Shown here piece after piece: positions 49,589 through 54,677 of a stretch of DNA of 54,677 nucleotides (its first letter is position 1; the number at the start of each line of letters is the position of its first letter). The notes beneath the pieces were generated by a model. That model did not search any database, was not told the DNA's origin, and saw only the letters and a program-made list of their open reading frames with translations. This stretch comes from an uncultured Deinococcales bacterium. GTDB taxonomy: Bacteria; Deinococcota; Deinococci; Deinococcales; JAAFIG01. The DNA is taken from the NCBI GenBank assembly GCA_964247135.1, contig CAXTTL010000008.1, positions 1 to 54,677 on the forward strand, read 5' to 3'. The position numbers and the translations under genes were made by a program.

Positions 49589-50437
49589 TTAGGCGTTTCG
49601 CCAAGAATACTTGGGCATATACCCAAGCACTTCACGCGCCCGATCTATCGAGAGCAAGGTTTCAAATTCACCGAGGTTTGCCTTGACCCGCACGCCAGGG
49701 AAAACTTCCGCCATCAGTTCGCCCGAGCTGCGGTTCATGACCGTGTCGCTTGCGGCAACAATCAGATTAACCGAGCCAGTCAGGGGTTTTTCCAAACCCA
49801 ACCAACAAGCCTGTGCCACATCTCGAGCGTCGACATAGCCCCACAAATTCCATTTTCGCAAATGTGGGTCGTGTTGAAAGCCCGCAAATTTGGCGTAATC
49901 GTGGGGTTCCATGATGTTGGAAATTCTCAAGCCCACAAACCCAATCCCTGACCACCTCGAGAATTCTGCCGCCATGACTTCGCCGACCACTTTGGAGAGC
50001 GCGTAACTCGATTCTGGAATCGGGAAATGATCCTCATCGACGGGCGCGTAACGCGGCGGGGTTTCAAACGGCAAACCCAGTGTGGTTTCGCTCGAAGCCC
50101 AGACAACCCGCTCGAGTTTTAAAATCTGCGCGGCGGAAAACACGTTGTAATTCATGGCGTTGTTCTCTAAAAAAGTTCGGGCTGGCGCAAACAGCCCTGG
50201 CGCGGGAATGTTCGCCAAATGCACCACCGCATCCGCCCCCTGCAAAACCTCGAGCGTCTGAGAAAAGTCGGTCAGATCGGCACGCAGCACGCGCCAGTTG
50301 TCGCCAAACTCGGCAAGCTCGAGTGGGTTGGGCAGTGTTTGGTCAACGCCCAAAACCTGATAACCATGCTCGAGCAAGTATTTTGTGACGGTGCGTCCCG
50401 CTTTGCCGCTCGAGCCTGTGACCACAATGTTTTTCAT
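49589..50437 (-). CDS. NAD-dependent epimerase/dehydratase
   Basis: TGSSGKAG, ASSE and YALSK motifs. TATACT-N6-ATG start. Confidence 0.92.
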   Translation of the reverse strand: MKNIVVTGSSGKAGRTVTKYLLEHGYQVLGVDQTLPNPLELAEFGDNWRVLRADLTDFSQTLEVLQGADAVVHLANIPAPGLFAPARTFLENNAMNYNVFSAAQILKLERVVWASSETTLGLPFETPPRYAPVDEDHFPIPESSYALSKVVGEVMAAEFSRWSGIGFVGLRISNIMEPHDYAKFAGFQHDPHLRKWNLWGYVDARDVAQACWLGLEKPLTGSVNLIVAASDTVMNRSSGELMAEVFPGVRVKANLGEFETLLSIDRAREVLGYMPKYSWRNA

Positions 50438-50537
50438 GCCAGAAGTATACGCGCCTCGAGGCGAAGCCGAAATGCAATCTCAAGGTGTCTACCTCGAAAC
50501 TGCTGACAATGATTGCTTTGAGAAACACATTCCAGCG

Positions 50538-50915
50538 TCAAGTCCGAAGCTCGAGTGTGCCTAAATCAATAACTGCATGTGCTGCACGTAAGAAATCCAA
50601 ACCCAGAATGCCTTGTAAATCAAAACCGTAATCCATCCAACCGACTTCAATCTGAAAATCAGTCATCAATAAATCTCCAACCCGAATACGCTCGAGTTGC
50701 TTCGAGAACACAAATTCCGTACCCCCAACGCCTCGAATACGGTGCATTTCGTCCTCAAGGTCATACAGTATTCCAATACGTTGTAATTGCTCAGTTTGAA
50801 AAATTGTTCCAGCCGAACCCGTATCAACCAAAACCGACTCGAGAATCAATTCTTGATGATTGTTTTCAATTGCAACTGTTGTGAACAACAAACCTCGCTC
50901 GAGCCTTAATTTCAC
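50538..50915 (-). CDS. Retropepsin-like (clan AA) aspartic protease
   Basis: VLVDTGS catalytic motif, GVGG flap, GILGLDFL. GTGA overlap with the upstream gene. Confidence 0.88.
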   Translation of the reverse strand: MKLRLERGLLFTTVAIENNHQELILESVLVDTGSAGTIFQTEQLQRIGILYDLEDEMHRIRGVGGTEFVFSKQLERIRVGDLLMTDFQIEVGWMDYGFDLQGILGLDFLRAAHAVIDLGTLELRT

Positions 50916-51172
50916 GCGGCACTCCGAATGCCAAGCCAAACGCGTTCTTTGATAATCAACTCTGGTTTGCTGCTGTGCGCCACATACAATTCTCGGGTTG
51001 GGTTCATGTGATGCAATTCTCGGTAGGCTTTGAGGGCATCGAGTGAGGTTTCAAAAACATTCAGCACTGCCAAATCCTCGAGAATGCGATACTCGTCTTG
51101 ACTGTGTGCCTTAAAGGCTTCGAGCAACAACCAAGTATTGGGATGGGCTTGGCGAACTTCGGAGTATGTCAT
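50912..51172 (-). CDS. Small hypothetical protein (86 aa) coupled to the aspartic protease
   Basis: TAGAAT-N6-ATG start; EVRQAHPNTWLLLE N-terminus; stop overlaps the protease start. Confidence 0.8.
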   Translation of the reverse strand: MTYSEVRQAHPNTWLLLEAFKAHSQDEYRILEDLAVLNVFETSLDALKAYRELHHMNPTRELYVAHSSKPELIIKERVWLGIRSAA

Positions 51173-51274
51173 CTCAAAATTCTAGCGCACTTTGATGAAC
51201 TGACCATTGAGGTTTGCTGAAAATTCGTATCGAATCTATACATCAAAAGCTCAAGATTCGCGCATTTGAGGCTT

Positions 51275-52162
51275 TCAACGAACGCTGCCAATCGTAATGT
51301 TTTCAATAAACGCTTTTTGAAACGCCAGAAAAATCACGATCACCGGCAAGACCACCAAGGTCGAAGCCGCCATCAAGAGATTAAATTGCACATCGTGTTC
51401 GGAGCGGAACATTTGCAAACCTATCGAGAGCGTGTACTGGCTTTCGTCTTGCAGGTAAATCAGCGGTCCTAGAAAATTATTCCAAGCGGCAATCGCGGCA
51501 AAAATCGCCACCACCGCCAACGCTGGTCGCGCCAGCGGCAAAATTAAATAGCGCAGAATTTGCATTTCGTTCGCACCATCAATCCGTGCGGCTTCAGAAA
51601 TCTCGAGCGGGATTTGCAGCAAGAATTGCCGCAACAAAAAAATGTAAAAGGCATTGCCAAAAAAACTGGGCACGATCAAGGGCAAGAACGTGTTGATCCA
51701 GTGCAGCTTGGCAAAAATAATAAACAACGGAATCAAAGTCACCGGAAATGGCACAAAAATTGTGGCGACCACAATGCCAAAAATCACATCCCGACCGCGC
51801 CATTGGATTCTCGAGAAACCATAGGCGATAAACAAATTGGAAATCACCGCGCCAATGGTGCTAAAAACCGTGATGACCAGCGTGTTCCAGGCATAGCGCA
51901 AAAATGGAAAAGCCCGAATCGCCTCGCTAAAATTATCAAAGCGCCAATGCAGGGGAATCAAGGTTGGTGGGAATACGCCCAGTTCTTCGGATTCTTTTAA
52001 AGCAGTCGAAACCATCCAAAACAATGGGGTGATAAACAGCAACGACCCGACAATCAAAATCAGCCTCGAGACCAGTTGGCTGCGAAAAACCCGTCTCGCT
52101 CGAGCCGAGGCTGCGTTTGCTGAGCTGACGGGTGCTTCGATGGTGTTGGCAGGGTTTTTCAT
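51275..52162 (-). CDS. Carbohydrate ABC transporter permease (MalG-like)
   Basis: EAARIDGA EAA loop and WNNFLGPL. Confidence 0.95.
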   Translation of the reverse strand: MKNPANTIEAPVSSANAASARARRVFRSQLVSRLILIVGSLLFITPLFWMVSTALKESEELGVFPPTLIPLHWRFDNFSEAIRAFPFLRYAWNTLVITVFSTIGAVISNLFIAYGFSRIQWRGRDVIFGIVVATIFVPFPVTLIPLFIIFAKLHWINTFLPLIVPSFFGNAFYIFLLRQFLLQIPLEISEAARIDGANEMQILRYLILPLARPALAVVAIFAAIAAWNNFLGPLIYLQDESQYTLSIGLQMFRSEHDVQFNLLMAASTLVVLPVIVIFLAFQKAFIENITIGSVR

Positions 52163-53043
52163 GCCACGACCTCATAATTGACCCAACGTTTTGAAGACCA
52201 GAACACCAGCAATGCCAGCGCCAAACTGATCAGAAATAAAAACCATGACATCGCGGCGGCATAACCCATCTGTCCGTACCTGAAGGCGTTGTTGTAGAGG
52301 TAAAAAACGTAAAATAGTGTCGAATCGACGGGTCCGCCGTTGGTGGTGATATAGGCTTGCTCGAAGACTTGCAGCCCAAGCCCAAGTCCGACGATCACAT
52401 CGTACAAAATGACGGGGGTCAACAGCGGCAAGGTGATGTGCCAGAACTTCCGCAAACTGCTCGCGCCATCAATTTCGGCGGCGTCGTACAGGGTTTGTGG
52501 GATGCCGCGCAAACCCGCCAAAAAGATCAGGGCGTATTGTCCTGCCCCCAACTGCGCCAGCATGACAATCGCCAGTTTTGCCCAAGCGGGATCACCAAAC
52601 CAGTTGATGTTCGGTAAACCCACCGCAGACATTGCCAAATTCACCAGCCCATAGCGCGGGTTGAGCAACCAGATAAAAATAAACGAGACCGCGTAGACAG
52701 GCAGCACCGATGGCAGGTAAAGCGCCGCCCGATAAATCGGGATTTCGACCAGTTTTTGATTCATGGCAAGCGCCAGAATGATCGCAATGATTGCACCCAC
52801 CGGCACCGCCAAAATGGTGTAATACAGCGTGTTGTAAAGCGAAGTCCAGAACAATTTGTCGTTGAACATTTGCTTGAAATTGTCTGTACCGATAAAGGTC
52901 ATGTCGCCAAAACCAGAAAATTCGGTCAGGCTCATGTAACCCGAGGAAAGAATTGGATAGACCAAAAACACCAGAAACCCAACAATCCAAGGGCTGATGA
53001 ACAACAGCCCCAAAAAGACGTTCCTCCACTCTTTTTTTGTCAT
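52159..53043 (-). CDS. Carbohydrate ABC transporter permease (MalF-like)
   Basis: YDAAEIDGA and ITLPLLTP motifs. Confidence 0.95.
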   Translation of the reverse strand: MTKKEWRNVFLGLLFISPWIVGFLVFLVYPILSSGYMSLTEFSGFGDMTFIGTDNFKQMFNDKLFWTSLYNTLYYTILAVPVGAIIAIILALAMNQKLVEIPIYRAALYLPSVLPVYAVSFIFIWLLNPRYGLVNLAMSAVGLPNINWFGDPAWAKLAIVMLAQLGAGQYALIFLAGLRGIPQTLYDAAEIDGASSLRKFWHITLPLLTPVILYDVIVGLGLGLQVFEQAYITTNGGPVDSTLFYVFYLYNNAFRYGQMGYAAAMSWFLFLISLALALLVFWSSKRWVNYEVVA

Positions 53044-53233
53044 GGCATGTCCTCTTGGGGTGGTTTATACGAATGGTTTTTACTGCTGGATTGCGGACAA
53101 ACATCAGACTTAAGAGAATCATTTGCCTCGAGATGAGCCTCGAGATTCATTTTGTACGAAATATGAACAATACGAAATACGAATAAAACTGAATATCACA
53201 AAACGTTTCTCGAGATTTGTGCAAGCTCGAAGT

Positions 53234-53263
53234 CTGGAGGAGGGGAGACATTCCCTCCTCCAG
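53234..53263 (-). terminator. Strong hairpin after the binding-protein gene (terminator or mRNA stabiliser)
   Basis: CTGGAGGAGGG-N8-CCCTCCTCCAG; no clear U-tract. Confidence 0.6.
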
Positions 53264-53272
53264 GGCAATAAT

Positions 53273-54580
53273 TTACTTGCAGAACTTTTGAAGCTGTTGG
53301 TTGACTCGAGTACCGACTTCGGTCAACGCATCCATTGGTTTGGCTTGGTTTAGGGTCACTTTGTTCATGGCGCTGGTCAATTGATCCCAGTACAACGCGC
53401 CGACCGGAATGGCGGGGCGTGACTTTGCCGAGGTCAAAAGGTCTTTGAAAAACAGATGGCGTTTTTCAAACAAACTGTTGTTGCCCAGGAGCGATTTGAC
53501 GGTTGGCAGGTGCGCGGTTTCTTTGACGTAGACCGACTGCCCTTCGGCTCCGGTGATGTATTTCATAAATTCGTAGGCTTCGGCGGGGTGTTTGGCTCCT
53601 TTGGGTGTGACCATTGACCAACCGCCAGCCCAACTGGTTTTATGACCATCTGCGGTGGGGATGTAGGTCACGCCCCAGTCGGCTTTCGGGGCGTACTTTG
53701 CCATGTTGGCGATCACCCAGTCACCTGTAATCACCATTGGTTGCCGACCGGTGATAAATGGGTCTTGGGCTGGTGGGTAGTTTGGCGGGTAATAGGTGCT
53801 GACAAAAGCGGCGACCTTCTTGGGGTCGAGGGCTTTGGCATAATCGTAAAGGTACTGAAAGCCCGCCACCACACCCTTGTCGGTTGGCGTGACCTTGCAA
53901 GTTGCGGCATCATAGAAACTGCCATTGAAGGCAAAGCCCCAAGTGTAATGCCAACCCTGATTGGGCCAAGGGACAAAACCGAGGCGGGTGTAATTGCCCT
54001 GGCTGTCTTTGGTATTCAGTTTATTGGCGATGCTCGTGATCAACTTGATCGAGGGCACGCCTTTGGCGGGATCGAGCTGGGCAGGATTGACCCCCGCTTG
54101 TTTGAGAATGTCCTTGCGGTAGTAGAGCACTCGAGTGTCGGTGTCAAATGGCAGAGCATAGGTTTTGCCTTTAAATTGGGTTTCTGCCCAGGCAAACGGC
54201 AGGTGCACATCGGCTGGTTTGACGGTATCGGCGGCGGTGAATTCGTCGAGTTCTTGCAAAAAGCCAGCGGCGGCTCGTTCGGCAACGATAAAGCGATCCA
54301 GCATGTAGACATCGGGTCCAGTACCGCCCGCCACGGCGGTGGTGAGCTTGGCGGTGTCGGTTTCTGTACCGGTCACTTGAACCAGCTTGACGGTGATTTT
54401 GTCGCTGGTTTTGTTGAAATTTTCAACAATATGCTTGAGCGAGCTTAGATCAGGTTCTGAGTGTGAAGTCCAGAAGGTAACTTCGGTTTTTGCGGTTTGC
54501 GCCTTGGCGAACAAGGCTGTTGAAGCCAAAGCAAGACAACCAATGACGGCAACGCTGGCGAACGCTCTGAGCTTGTGCAT
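53273..54580 (-). CDS. Sugar ABC transporter substrate-binding protein
   Basis: Signal peptide; GPDV, YALPF..LYYRKD and GGWS motifs. ATG at 54580 with GGAGG. Confidence 0.93.
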   Translation of the reverse strand: MHKLRAFASVAVIGCLALASTALFAKAQTAKTEVTFWTSHSEPDLSSLKHIVENFNKTSDKITVKLVQVTGTETDTAKLTTAVAGGTGPDVYMLDRFIVAERAAAGFLQELDEFTAADTVKPADVHLPFAWAETQFKGKTYALPFDTDTRVLYYRKDILKQAGVNPAQLDPAKGVPSIKLITSIANKLNTKDSQGNYTRLGFVPWPNQGWHYTWGFAFNGSFYDAATCKVTPTDKGVVAGFQYLYDYAKALDPKKVAAFVSTYYPPNYPPAQDPFITGRQPMVITGDWVIANMAKYAPKADWGVTYIPTADGHKTSWAGGWSMVTPKGAKHPAEAYEFMKYITGAEGQSVYVKETAHLPTVKSLLGNNSLFEKRHLFFKDLLTSAKSRPAIPVGALYWDQLTSAMNKVTLNQAKPMDALTEVGTRVNQQLQKFCK

Positions 54581-54677
54581 ACGACCCTCCTCTTGGATGG
54601 CAATCTCGAGGTGACTTCGTTTTACAAGTTGATGTTTAATGTGGCGCGAGAACAAAGTCTGGCGGCGACTGGAACGA

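Larger units (their letters stand above)
1..54677. repeat. Highly iterated palindrome CTCGAG (HIP-like), dispersed through the window
   Basis: Hand count gives 15 copies in 3658-4827 (1170 bp) against about 0.3 expected for a random 6-mer. It occurs in all frames and in intergenic DNA. Confidence 0.95.

Overview
This window is the replication-origin region of a bacterial chromosome, most likely a Deinococcota member. That assignment is inferred from the oriC lying between dnaA and dnaN, a DdrO-type RDRM operator, and pervasive leaderless TANNNT-N5-7-ATG starts. The core is dnaN-oriC-dnaA, divergent from a small LAGLIDADG-like gene, rsmG, parA, parB, a Rad52/Sak-like gene and dnaG. Housekeeping and metabolic genes flank it: radA, PIN/TRAM, truA, cobSU/cobC/cobT, tRNA-Ile, mmuM, lpdA, queF, a P450 and a sugar ABC transporter. 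The main findings are: (1) a free-standing single-motif LAGLIDADG gene heading the rsmG-parA-parB operon, directly behind a duplicated 33-bp unit of parS plus a second palindrome; (2) an RDRM-controlled Rad52/Sak-like annealing protein; (3) an AT-rich Mrr-like nuclease-STAND-TPR gene inserted in the cobalamin locus; (4) extreme HIP1-like iteration of CTCGAG; (5) a 32-33 bp mini-element nested inside two different REP-like repeats; (6) a trypsin-EndoG fusion with apparent self-cleavage sites; (7) extra DnaA-box clusters bracketing a kinase; (8) a dppA/dppC deletion scar. All calls come from reading the sequence by eye; no database searches were run.
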